DNA of 64,000 nucleotides from positions 2,112,001 through 2,176,000 of the forward strand of contig OY762825.2 of assembly GCA_963666425.2 (NCBI GenBank). The letters run 5' to 3'. The DNA is from Bacillota bacterium. Lineage in GTDB: Bacteria; Bacillota; JAAYKD01. A program made the position numbers and the translations under genes. Positions 40,196 to 49,025 of this stretch are shown in pieces; within the stretch, counting starts at the first letter, position 1; each line of letters begins with the position of its first letter. Below the pieces are notes generated by a model, which saw only the letters and a program-made list of their open reading frames with translations, was not told the origin of the DNA and did no database searches.

Positions 40196-41500
40196 ATGAG
40201 TGCAGGCGACAAACGATTGCAGGAAGACTGGATTGACAAAGAGAAAGCTGCCGTTCGGGTCAATATGTTAGGCGATTTTCAACTGGAAAGTAAAGATGCA
40301 ACTGTTTCGGAACAGATTAACCGCTCCAAAAAACTCTGGGGTGTACTTGCACTTCTCCTGATTTACCGCAAAAATCCTCTGAACCATCAGGAACTGACGC
40401 AGCAGATTTGGACGGAAGGGCGCAGTAAAAATCCGGTGAATGCCTTAAAGACATTGCTTTATCGCTTGCGGGAAATGTTGGAGCCTTTGCAGGAAGATGG
40501 TCAGCCGCTGATTATCGCCAACCGAGGCGCTTATTGCTGGAATGCGGCAATCCCCGTTTATCTTGACTTTGAAGAATTTGAAGCCATCAGCCAACAAGCA
40601 GCCAATGTCAAGGGCAATAAAGAAGAGAGTATTCCACTCTATCAGCGCGCGGTGGCTCTTTACAGGGGAGATTTTCTCTTGCGGGTCGAACTGCCCTGGG
40701 CGGTGGCGATGCGTGCCAAATTTCGGAAAATCCACCTCCAGAATATCAAAGCCCTGGCTGCTTTCTACAGCGCCAATGCTCAGTATGCCGAGGTTGTGCA
40801 GCTCTGTGCCAACGTGATCGAAACCCCCATTTTAAACGACCAGATTCATATCTACTATATCCGTTCTTTGCTGCATTTGGGACATCATCAGGAAGCGCTG
40901 ATTCATTATGAAAAAACGAATGAACTGTATTTGCGTGAAAAAGGCACTTATCCTTCCGATGAAATGCGCAATCTCTACAGTGAAATCATGAAAATTCAGC
41001 AGCAAATTGAAACTGACTTAAGTGTCATCCAAGCGCAGCTGAAAGGATCGGATAAAGAGACCGGCGCTTTTGTCTGTGACTATGGTTATTTTAAGGAAGC
41101 CTATCGTCTGGAATGCCGTCGGGCGGAACGCAGCAACTCGAAAGTGTATATTGCTTTGATTACAGTTGCTTCCGATAAGGGCCCGGATTCCGAATTACCG
41201 GCGGAGCGTTTGCGGCTGGTCATGAAAAAATTGCTGATCAGTATGAAATCTCATTTGCGTAAGGGCGATGTTATTTCGCGCTACAGCAGCAATCAATATG
41301 TGCTGTTGCTGCCCAGTGTCACTTATGAGAATGGCATTTTAGTATTGAATCGAATTTTATCAATTTATTACCAACATAATCGGCGTAATAATGTGATTTT
41401 ACATTGTCGGTTACAACCCTTGGATGCTTCCGTCACTAATAACAAAGAGAAAGCGGAATTACCGCAGGATAGAGTCGCTGCTGATCAGAGTCCCTTATAA
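40196..41500 (+). CDS. SARP-type regulator (winged HTH + BTAD) with degenerate C-terminal GGDEF-like domain
   Basis: VNMLGDF, LKTLLYRLR, LDFEEFE, AVALYRGDFL, YPSDEM; C-terminal RKGDVISRYSSNQYVLLLP. Confidence 0.82.
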   Translation: MSAGDKRLQEDWIDKEKAAVRVNMLGDFQLESKDATVSEQINRSKKLWGVLALLLIYRKNPLNHQELTQQIWTEGRSKNPVNALKTLLYRLREMLEPLQEDGQPLIIANRGAYCWNAAIPVYLDFEEFEAISQQAANVKGNKEESIPLYQRAVALYRGDFLLRVELPWAVAMRAKFRKIHLQNIKALAAFYSANAQYAEVVQLCANVIETPILNDQIHIYYIRSLLHLGHHQEALIHYEKTNELYLREKGTYPSDEMRNLYSEIMKIQQQIETDLSVIQAQLKGSDKETGAFVCDYGYFKEAYRLECRRAERSNSKVYIALITVASDKGPDSELPAERLRLVMKKLLISMKSHLRKGDVISRYSSNQYVLLLPSVTYENGILVLNRILSIYYQHNRRNNVILHCRLQPLDASVTNNKEKAELPQDRVAADQSPL

Positions 41501-41538
41501 AGAAAACAATTCTTTTAAAAAGTATCCTATAAAAACGG

Positions 41539-41567
41539 TTGACATCTGTCTGAAGTAACGTTATAAT
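41539..41567 (+). promoter_or_regulatory. sigmaA promoter of the tRNA operon
   Basis: Perfect TTGACA-N17-TATAAT. Confidence 0.88.
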
Positions 41568-41607
41568 TACTTTCGTTCTGACGCAATTTTACGTCGGTAG
41601 AAAGCAT

Positions 41608-41693
41608 GGTGGGATTCCCGAGTTGGCCAAAGGGGGCAGACTGTAAATCTGCTAGCTTCGCTTTCGATGGTTCGAATCCATCTCCCACCACCA
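41608..41693 (+). tRNA. tRNA-Tyr(GTA)
   Basis: Long variable arm, loop CT-GTA-AA, CCA. Confidence 0.96.
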
Positions 41694-41698
41694 TTTGC

Positions 41699-41772
41699 GC
41701 GGGAGTAGCTCAACGGTAGAGTCCCGGCCCTCCAAGCCGGTCGTGCGGGTTCGATCCCCGTCTCCCGCTCCA
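41699..41772 (+). tRNA. tRNA-Gly(TCC) with C33
   Basis: GCGGGAG/CTCCCGC acceptor stem, U73, anticodon stem CCGGC/GCCGG, loop CC-TCC-AA. Confidence 0.92.
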
Positions 41773-41801
41773 AATCATTCAGAACGCAGTCCGGTAGTTT
41801 T

Positions 41802-41877
41802 GCTGATGTAGCTCAGTTGGTAGAGCGTATCCTTGGTAAGGATAAGGTCAACGGTTCGAATCCGTTCATCAGCTCCA
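41802..41877 (+). tRNA. tRNA-Thr(GGT), copy 1
   Basis: Cloverleaf, loop TT-GGT-AA, CCA. Confidence 0.96.
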
Positions 41878-41882
41878 TTTTC

Positions 41883-41959
<77 letters not shown>

Positions 41960-41962
41960 CAT

Positions 41963-42038
41963 GCTGATGTAGCTCAGTTGGTAGAGCGTATCCTTGGTAA
42001 GGATAAGGTCAACGGTTCGAATCCGTTCATCAGCTCCA
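41963..42038 (+). tRNA. tRNA-Thr(GGT), copy 2
   Basis: Identical to copy 1. Confidence 0.96.
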
Positions 42039-42047
42039 TTTCTTTTT

Positions 42048-42124
<77 letters not shown>

Positions 42125-42128
42125 ATTT

Positions 42129-42174
42129 CGTTATCGTTGCTGATAGAGTTTCAGCAAAGGTAACGCTTTTTTTA
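42129..42174 (+). terminator. Terminator of the tRNA operon
   Basis: CGTTATCGTTGCTGA...TCAGCAAAGGTAACG followed by T7. Confidence 0.75.
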
Positions 42175-42462
42175 TGCCCAAAAATGGCTGTGAGAGGAAT
42201 ATTTCAGGTGATTCAGGCTCAACGCAGGAAACAAATCAGCTCTGATGACGATCTTCTTGATGCAAGCCCGGTCAACACGTTGTCATAGAGGATCTATTCC
42301 AAGCAGACTTTCCTGGTTTAGCAGCAGCATCAGATCCGGTGAAATTATTAACACGGCTATCTTATTAGTTATAATTTTATAGAAAACGAGTGAAAAAAAT
42401 AATTTTAATGAAATATTCCACTGGAATTTATAAATGGTTTATGCTAGAATACAACCATATAG

Positions 42463-42480
42463 CTAACAAATATTAGTTAG
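42463..42480. promoter_or_regulatory. Candidate TetR operator
   Basis: Imperfect palindrome CTAACAAATATTAGTTAG between TGcTAGAAT (-10) and the AAGGAGG RBS. Confidence 0.55.
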
Positions 42481-42498
42481 TAAAGGAGGCGCTTTCCA

Positions 42499-43140
42499 TT
42501 GGAGAAAAAGCAGGAAATTCTCGAAGCTGCCTTTGAGATTTTTTGCGAAAAAGGCTATCATCTTTCGGTAGCCGAGCTTGCCGCTGCGGTGAAAATTAAA
42601 ACGCCCTCACTTTACAGTCACTTTGAAAGCAAGGACGAAATCATCGAATTGATTGTGCAGAGTGAAATTCAGAGATACTATGATAGCTTAACAAAGACCA
42701 TGCTGGAAATAGAAGTTTTAAGCTGTAAGGAAGCGATGAAGCAGCTTTTCGATTTTGTGATAGATTACTTTTGTACAGGCAAACGTCTGCGGTTTTGGCG
42801 CGCGATCCCGTTCATTCCGAATCAACGACTGAATTGCTTATTTGCTCAAGCGATCTCTGAAAAAGATGCTGTCTTCATTCAGAAGATGCAGCGCTGCTTC
42901 CTAAAGGGTCAGTCCAATGCTGAAATCAGGTCGGATGCGTCACTGGGGTCTCTTCGGCTCTATCTTTGCATGATCCAAGGTGTATTGGACGGAATTCTTT
43001 TATATCCCAAAGAGCTTGGCGGAAAAAATAACACCACTGAATTGTTTGAAGCATATTGGTATGGTATCTGCAGCGCTGATACAGATGAAGCTAGATTACC
43101 AAATAGACACCAATCATTCATGAAGGAGCAAATGAAATGA
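42499..43140 (+). CDS. TetR/AcrR family regulator
   Basis: ILEAAFEIFCEKGY...IKTPSLYSHFESKDEI. Confidence 0.92.
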   Translation: MEKKQEILEAAFEIFCEKGYHLSVAELAAAVKIKTPSLYSHFESKDEIIELIVQSEIQRYYDSLTKTMLEIEVLSCKEAMKQLFDFVIDYFCTGKRLRFWRAIPFIPNQRLNCLFAQAISEKDAVFIQKMQRCFLKGQSNAEIRSDASLGSLRLYLCMIQGVLDGILLYPKELGGKNNTTELFEAYWYGICSADTDEARLPNRHQSFMKEQMK

Positions 43141-44111
43141 TCACAAATCAATGGTATGCCATCCTTCCATCCAACAGAGTCAAAACCGGCAAAATTGTTG
43201 GTGTAAAAAGGATGAATCTGGATCTAGCCCTATTTAGAAACGAAAAAGGCGAGCTTGGCTGCGTTGTGGATCAATGCACGCACCGCGGTGCCGCGCTCAG
43301 TTTGGGGAAGATCAAGGGCGACTGTATCAAGTGTCCCTTCCATGGACTTGAATTTAATAAAAAGGGTCAATGCAATTTTATCCCCGCCAACGGCAAAGGA
43401 TCTACCACCGACCTCAGCCGCTACAATGTCAGGCATTATCCCGTCAGAGAGGCTCACGGCATCATCTATCTCTGGTATGGTGAGGCAGAGAAAATCACCG
43501 AGCATCTCCCGTTTTTCGATCAGGAAATTGATGCATCTTATGTATACAGTGAGATAGAAGATTGCTGGAATTCCCACTATTCGCGCTGCATTGAAAATCA
43601 ATTGGATGTAGTGCATCTGCCTTTTGTGCATTACAACACGATCGGCAGAGGAAATAGAACTCTGGTGAATGGCCCTAAGTTGCTTTGGGAAAACGGTATG
43701 TTAACCACCAGTGCCAATAACGAGCTGGATCACGGACAAAAACCGAAACCTCCCGAAGAATGTGTGATCAAGACTACGCATTTGTGCTTTCTGTTTCCTA
43801 ATGTTTGGATGAACTACATTAGTGACAAGATGAAAGTCATCATCTATTTTGCTCCGGTCGATGAGGAAAACACGGTGCTTTATATCCGGTTTTATTGCAG
43901 GCTGACGCGCTTTCAGCCGCTGAACAATCTGATTGCCTACCTAGGTAAATTCGGCAATAAAGCAGTCGAAAGACAGGATAAGCGGGTTGTGATCACCCAA
44001 AAACCCAAAGCATCTACCTTAAAGTCCGGGGAAAGGCTGGTGCCGGGTGACGGTCCAATCATTATGTATCGTAGAATCAGAGAAGGCTTAAAACAAGATA
44101 CTTCTATATAA
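43137..44111 (+). CDS. Rieske non-heme iron oxygenase, alpha subunit (VanA/PAO-like)
   Basis: CTHRG...CPFHG Rieske ligands; ENQLDVVHLPFVH and downstream QD mononuclear Fe ligands; ATGA overlap with tetR. Confidence 0.9.
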   Translation: MITNQWYAILPSNRVKTGKIVGVKRMNLDLALFRNEKGELGCVVDQCTHRGAALSLGKIKGDCIKCPFHGLEFNKKGQCNFIPANGKGSTTDLSRYNVRHYPVREAHGIIYLWYGEAEKITEHLPFFDQEIDASYVYSEIEDCWNSHYSRCIENQLDVVHLPFVHYNTIGRGNRTLVNGPKLLWENGMLTTSANNELDHGQKPKPPEECVIKTTHLCFLFPNVWMNYISDKMKVIIYFAPVDEENTVLYIRFYCRLTRFQPLNNLIAYLGKFGNKAVERQDKRVVITQKPKASTLKSGERLVPGDGPIIMYRRIREGLKQDTSI

Positions 44112-44157
44112 ACCAAAGATTTTATACGCAATCGGAAAGATAAGGATGTGTCAATTG

Positions 44158-45996
44158 ATGGATTTTGACGTAATCATCATAGGCGGTGGGCTTTCCGGAC
44201 TGACTGCGGCCAGTTTATTGGCCAAGCGCCAGCTGAAGGTTGCTGTCATCGACAAAAATTACCAACCGGGAGGTTCCTGCGGAATATTTAAACGCGGGCA
44301 TGTGACATTTGACATAGGGGCGGCGATGCTTTATGGTTTTGGAGAAGCAGGGTTTAATGCGCATCGCTTTGTTTTTAATTGCCTTGAAGAACCCATCGAC
44401 ATCATCCGCCACGATCTTCTGTATTGTGTTAATTTCAAAGGCGAAAGGATTAAATTCTGGGCGGATGTCGAAAAGTTTTCCGAAGAGCTTGCCGGTATTT
44501 TCCCGAATGAAAAGAGAAATATCAAGCGCTTTTATACAGACATGCTGAAAATGTATCAAAATGTGATGGTGGATGTGCCGGCTTACAATACGCCGGATGA
44601 AACCGATCCGCTGGTTGCGCTGAAGAGCATGCTCAAACATCCCATTTCTTACCTGAGATTTTTGAGCTATTTGAATAAAAGCGCAAGAAGTCTCTTAAAA
44701 GAGTATTTTAAAGATCCTGAAATACTCAAATTTTTCGATAAACTAACCTCAACCTATTGTTATGCGACCCTGGCTGAGGCTCCTGCAGCAATGGCTGCTG
44801 TCATGTTTGTAGATAACCATGTCGGCGGCAGCTATTACCCTGCCGGATCGACTCTCTTTCTGCCGGGTAAACTTGAAAAGGTGATTGAAGAGAACGGCGG
44901 CGAGATGCTTCTGCAAAGGGAGGTTGTATCCATTTTGTTTGCAAAGGGCAAACCTGCCGGTGTCGGCTTGAGTGACGGCAGCAAGCTCTTCGCCCCGGAT
45001 ATCATTTATTCAGGAACTGTTTGGAACCTTTATGGCAGGTTGATTGATCCTGCCTTTAGCACACAGCAAAAAAGAGAATGGGCACAAAAACAGGTGCCTA
45101 CCTATCCGAGTGTGGTTCTGTATGCCGTTGTTGACCGCAATGTGATTCCAGAGGACACGGCTCCGATTGAAATGCTGGTAGGCAATCCTGATCAGCTTGA
45201 CGAAAGTGAAGTAACCGCCTACTTGCTCAGCATTGACGATAGGACATTGTGCAATGAGGATGAGCACACCATCATCGCGATTGGTCCCACATTCGGAGCC
45301 TGGGATATGCAGGACAAAGCAGTTTATCAAGATAGAAAAGCAAGCGAACAGGTACGTTTGCTTGACGTACTCGAAAAACGCTTCCCGGGATTCAAACAAG
45401 CGCTGCGCTATGCAGAAGTTGCCACACCGAAAACCATCGAGCGTTATACGATGAAAAACGGCGGCGCGGTAGCCGGACCCAAACAAATGCTGGGACAGCA
45501 TTTGTTCCATCGTCTGCACACGCAAACGGAATGGGACAACCTCTTTTGCTGCGGTGAATCGACAGTGATGGGTACCGGAACGCCCACTGTGACGACTTCC
45601 GGACTCTCAGCGGCTAACGCCCTGCTGAAGAAGCAGGGAAAAGAACCCTATCTTTATCAAAAAGACAGGAAGAATTTTGTCCGCATTGTTGAGAAACCTT
45701 TTACGGCAAAACAGCTCTATGACGGCTACGACGAAGCAGCCCGCACGACGATGCAGAAAGCCAGGCAGTGCAGGCTGTGCGAGAACCCCACCTGTACGAA
45801 GGAAGTAGATATTCGCGGTATCATGCGGCGGACGGCAGTCGGAAATTTTGCCGGCGCCAAAAAATGCTGGCTGCGGAACACAACCGATTTCGATACCTTG
45901 AAAAAGTGCGAATCGGATTGTATCTGCGCGGTGGGAAACCAAGCCGGTGTGGAAATACGGGCGGTTGTCGGTTATTTGCAGGAGGTGAACTTGTGA
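44158..45996 (+). CDS. Phytoene desaturase/carotenoid isomerase-family FAD oxidoreductase with C-terminal Cys-rich Fe-S-like domain
   Basis: VIIIGGGLSGL, PGGSC, FDIGA, YPAGS, ATPKTIERYT, FCCGES..GTG.P; tail CRLCENPTC...CESDC; start could be 44146 or 44155. Confidence 0.85.
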   Translation: MDFDVIIIGGGLSGLTAASLLAKRQLKVAVIDKNYQPGGSCGIFKRGHVTFDIGAAMLYGFGEAGFNAHRFVFNCLEEPIDIIRHDLLYCVNFKGERIKFWADVEKFSEELAGIFPNEKRNIKRFYTDMLKMYQNVMVDVPAYNTPDETDPLVALKSMLKHPISYLRFLSYLNKSARSLLKEYFKDPEILKFFDKLTSTYCYATLAEAPAAMAAVMFVDNHVGGSYYPAGSTLFLPGKLEKVIEENGGEMLLQREVVSILFAKGKPAGVGLSDGSKLFAPDIIYSGTVWNLYGRLIDPAFSTQQKREWAQKQVPTYPSVVLYAVVDRNVIPEDTAPIEMLVGNPDQLDESEVTAYLLSIDDRTLCNEDEHTIIAIGPTFGAWDMQDKAVYQDRKASEQVRLLDVLEKRFPGFKQALRYAEVATPKTIERYTMKNGGAVAGPKQMLGQHLFHRLHTQTEWDNLFCCGESTVMGTGTPTVTTSGLSAANALLKKQGKEPYLYQKDRKNFVRIVEKPFTAKQLYDGYDEAARTTMQKARQCRLCENPTCTKEVDIRGIMRRTAVGNFAGAKKCWLRNTTDFDTLKKCESDCICAVGNQAGVEIRAVVGYLQEVNL

Positions 45997-46153
45997 ACGA
46001 AAAATATGACGCAATTGTGGTCGGCGGCGGTCTTGCCGGGTTAGGCAGTGCGGCCTATGGACGTTCAGCCCCTCGGGGTTACCGGTATCGATCCTGACCG
46101 GAAAACTGGCGGCGGATGCAATTCACAAGACACTGAAGAGACACGTTTCATGA
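45993..46153 (+). pseudogene. Internally deleted second phytoene-desaturase-family gene
   Basis: GGAGG RBS + GTG; MNEKYDAIVVGGGLAGLGSAAY joined out of frame at 46058 to WTFSPSGLPVSILTGKLAADAIHKTLKRHVS-stop. Confidence 0.85.
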
Positions 46154-46262
46154 GCTTAATTAGAATTGAATTTATCATTGCCTTGGTAGGGCTTGCCAAA
46201 GAATTGTAGAGCTGTGTCACAGTATAAAAAACGTAGATTCATTATATGAAGGAGGAAATAGC

Positions 46263-47069
46263 ATGGACAGAATTAAAAAAGCATGGATCAACGCCTTTTT
46301 TCTAATCGCTACATTTGCCATCAATGCATTGGGAGCGGTCGGTCTGATTAACGGTTTGAATCAAAAGCAAATTTCTGATCGGTATGTCACTTTAATTACA
46401 CCAAGTCCGAGCACTTTCAGTATATGGGGTGTTATCTACTTGTTTTTGTTGCTCTCGATCATTGTGATGATTGTCAAAAAGCAGGACTCTTATTACCAAA
46501 AGGCCATTGATCAAATTTCCAATCTGTTCAGGATTTCCTGTGTCCTGAATATTGCCTGGATTGTATCGTTTTCATTTCTCCTGGTTGAGATTTCTACTCT
46601 TTTCATCCTTGGCTTTGTGGTTGCTTTGGCCTTGATTGACATAAAACTGCTGGAAATACGCGAAAGCAAGCGTTGGCTATTGCCTTTGAGTTTTGGCCTC
46701 TATTCAGGTTGGCTGTTTATTGCTGCGGTGGTGAATATTGCTGCTGCACTCGTCAAACTGAAGTGGGACGGTTTTGGTCTATCTCAGGAAACATGGGGAA
46801 GCATCATGCTGCTGATCGCGATTGTTCTCTTGATCGGAGTGCTTTTGAAAATCCGCAATGCCGTCTTCCCGCTTCCTGTCGCTTGGGCTTACTATGGAAT
46901 TTACCAATTTTTGAAATCACCGACGGGATTCAAGGGAGAATTTGCTACCCTGCAAATCATATCTCTTTTTGGCATGACGGTTCTGATCATTGTTTCCGTG
47001 CTTCAGTTTTACCGAAACCATTTTTCCCTACTTCCTGAATCGCCAAAAAAAGGACGAGCAGGCAGATAG
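46263..47069 (+). CDS. TspO-like tryptophan-rich multi-pass membrane protein
   Basis: LITPSPSTFSIWGVIY, LNIAWI, FGLYSGWLFIAAVVN, PVAWAY; about 8 TM segments. Confidence 0.72.
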   Translation: MDRIKKAWINAFFLIATFAINALGAVGLINGLNQKQISDRYVTLITPSPSTFSIWGVIYLFLLLSIIVMIVKKQDSYYQKAIDQISNLFRISCVLNIAWIVSFSFLLVEISTLFILGFVVALALIDIKLLEIRESKRWLLPLSFGLYSGWLFIAAVVNIAAALVKLKWDGFGLSQETWGSIMLLIAIVLLIGVLLKIRNAVFPLPVAWAYYGIYQFLKSPTGFKGEFATLQIISLFGMTVLIIVSVLQFYRNHFSLLPESPKKGRAGR

Positions 47070-47215
47070 GATGGGGAGAACGGAAGACTTATCTGATTGC
47101 AGTTTATCCGCGACAGAAAAAAAGGCACTGCTGCAGAGATAACAGACGCATCGCTGTTCGAAATTTCATAATTATGCCTCTTCTATCTGGCAGACTATAA
47201 CAGCAAAAGGTTAAT

Positions 47216-47249
47216 ACAATGCATCACAAACCAAAATGTGATGCATTGT
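47216..47249. repeat. Perfect 13-8-13 inverted repeat
   Basis: ACAATGCATCACA-AACCAAAA-TGTGATGCATTGT. Confidence 0.8.
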
Positions 47250-47634
47250 GTTCATTAGCGCTACCTTTACCAAATCGCTATCGTTGTTGTGATTATTTCA
47301 GCAAGTGTAATATTTTTTTACTTCAAATCGGCTGGAAGAGGGGTGTTTTGCGATCGTCAATATCAGATAACCAGAAGGCTAAATGCAGGAGAAACCTTTT
47401 CTCACCTGGAATTTCATTAAAATATAATGAAAATCTGAACAGGCTGATCATTTTATCCTCAAAGGCGGCCTTTTCATATACTTACTCATGAATTTCGAGA
47501 ACTGCGCCACGCGAGATGTGGAATTTCTCTGCCTTGACGGGTGAACCATGATTCCAGTCACATTGGTGCAGTACTCGATGTGATCATCTCTACACCTACC
47601 GGCTGTGACGATGCTGCGAAAGGAAGAAGTGCAG

Positions 47635-48750
47635 ATGGAGCAAGATACTACTTTTCAGAGCCCAATCATGCCAAAGAACTCAATAAAATGGTGTCATTAT
47701 TTGGTGAATGTCGGCTATATGACGGCCGCCTTGATGATTTTGGCCCATCTGATCTGGTATTTTGCTGCACGCAGCGTTTTGGCCAGACCGCCGCAGGTCT
47801 ATCTGCAGGATTACATCATTCTGCCTGCCCTGATTTTTTTCCCTTTCAATGGGATGATTGACCTGTTGGTGCGTTCTTCCCGTGTTTCACTTTTTTGGAA
47901 AGAATACCTTGCGCTTTCGTTGTTTGTGATCTATTCCGGTTACCTTGCCTTGACGCATGATCTTGCTAAAGTTTTGTTGGCTTCTTTTATTCTTCCTATT
48001 TTTGTTTCTACGATTTTTTCCAATCAAAAGATTACCCGTTTGATTTTTTGGATGAGCAACTTGACTTTATTGCTGCTTGGTATTAGAAATTTTCTAGCAA
48101 GCACGCTGGACAGCCTGATGATGATGCAGATTTTCGTAGCTTGTTTTATGTTCTTATGCTCTTTTTTACTGGCGAGAGTTTTGATTCAAAATGGCAACGA
48201 AAACTTGGCAGCTCTGCTGGATTACAGCAGCCGGCAAAGGCTGATGCAGGAGCAGTTGCAGCTGGATCTATTCACTGATTTGAAAAATCGAAAAACTTTT
48301 GATCAGGAGTTGGCAAGACAGATGGAAGTAGGTCGCAAAGCCAATAAAATGCTTGCACTGGCGATGATCGATATTGATCATTTTAAAGATGTGAATGACC
48401 AATATGGGCACGCAGTCGGTGATCTGGTCCTGCTTTTTTTTGCAAATCTCCTGAAAGCGTTACAAGCTGAAAACATCCAGGCTTTTCGGATCGGCGGAGA
48501 GGAATTTGCCATTTTAATGCTGGATTGCAACGAACCGGAAGCTTACCATATCTGCGAAGGTTTGCGTCTGCGCATGGAATCCGCTGCATTGTCTGAGATT
48601 GAGCAAAAGAAAATCACCATCAGTTGCGGGCTGATCTGCAGGAAGCTGAACCAGATCGATCCGGAGACGTTGACAAAAGCAGCCGACACCGCCTTGTATG
48701 AGGCGAAACACAGGGGGAGAAATCAGGTTGTGATCTCATCAGCACTTTGA
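47635..48750 (+). CDS. Membrane-bound diguanylate cyclase
   Basis: About 6 TM segments, DIDHFKDVNDQYGHAVGD, RIGGEEF, ADTALYEAKHRGRN; no RxxD I-site. Confidence 0.92.
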   Translation: MEQDTTFQSPIMPKNSIKWCHYLVNVGYMTAALMILAHLIWYFAARSVLARPPQVYLQDYIILPALIFFPFNGMIDLLVRSSRVSLFWKEYLALSLFVIYSGYLALTHDLAKVLLASFILPIFVSTIFSNQKITRLIFWMSNLTLLLLGIRNFLASTLDSLMMMQIFVACFMFLCSFLLARVLIQNGNENLAALLDYSSRQRLMQEQLQLDLFTDLKNRKTFDQELARQMEVGRKANKMLALAMIDIDHFKDVNDQYGHAVGDLVLLFFANLLKALQAENIQAFRIGGEEFAILMLDCNEPEAYHICEGLRLRMESAALSEIEQKKITISCGLICRKLNQIDPETLTKAADTALYEAKHRGRNQVVISSAL

Positions 48751-48913
48751 TTGCACAATCAGGCGCTTTCTTCATTAAGAAAGAGTTGGTCAGCGGAGGA
48801 CTTAATTCTGGAATCAGAGCAACCAATGAAACCACTTCATTGGAGCATCCTCTGGTGCAAAAAAAAGCGCAAATTAAGGTTCAAAAATCCAATGGATTTC
48901 TGAACCTTTTCGA

Positions 48914-48942
48914 TTGACAGCAAACATTCGCCTTGTTATACT
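48914..48942 (+). promoter_or_regulatory. sigmaA promoter (extended -10)
   Basis: TTGACA-N17-TATACT with TG. Confidence 0.75.
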
Positions 48943-49025
48943 CATATCAGTATCATCCGCTAGTTTTCCAGCGTATTCGAGAGAATTGATGCGAAAATTT
49001 AGATTCTGAAAGGATGGGAAGCAAA

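Noticed and set aside
41567-41773. 68-aa minus-strand ORF MERETGIEP...
   Set aside because: Typical antisense translation of tRNA-Gly/Tyr
45768-46097. 109-aa ORF at the end of the CrtI-like gene
   Set aside because: Only the part from GTG 45993 is meaningful, and it belongs to the pseudogene
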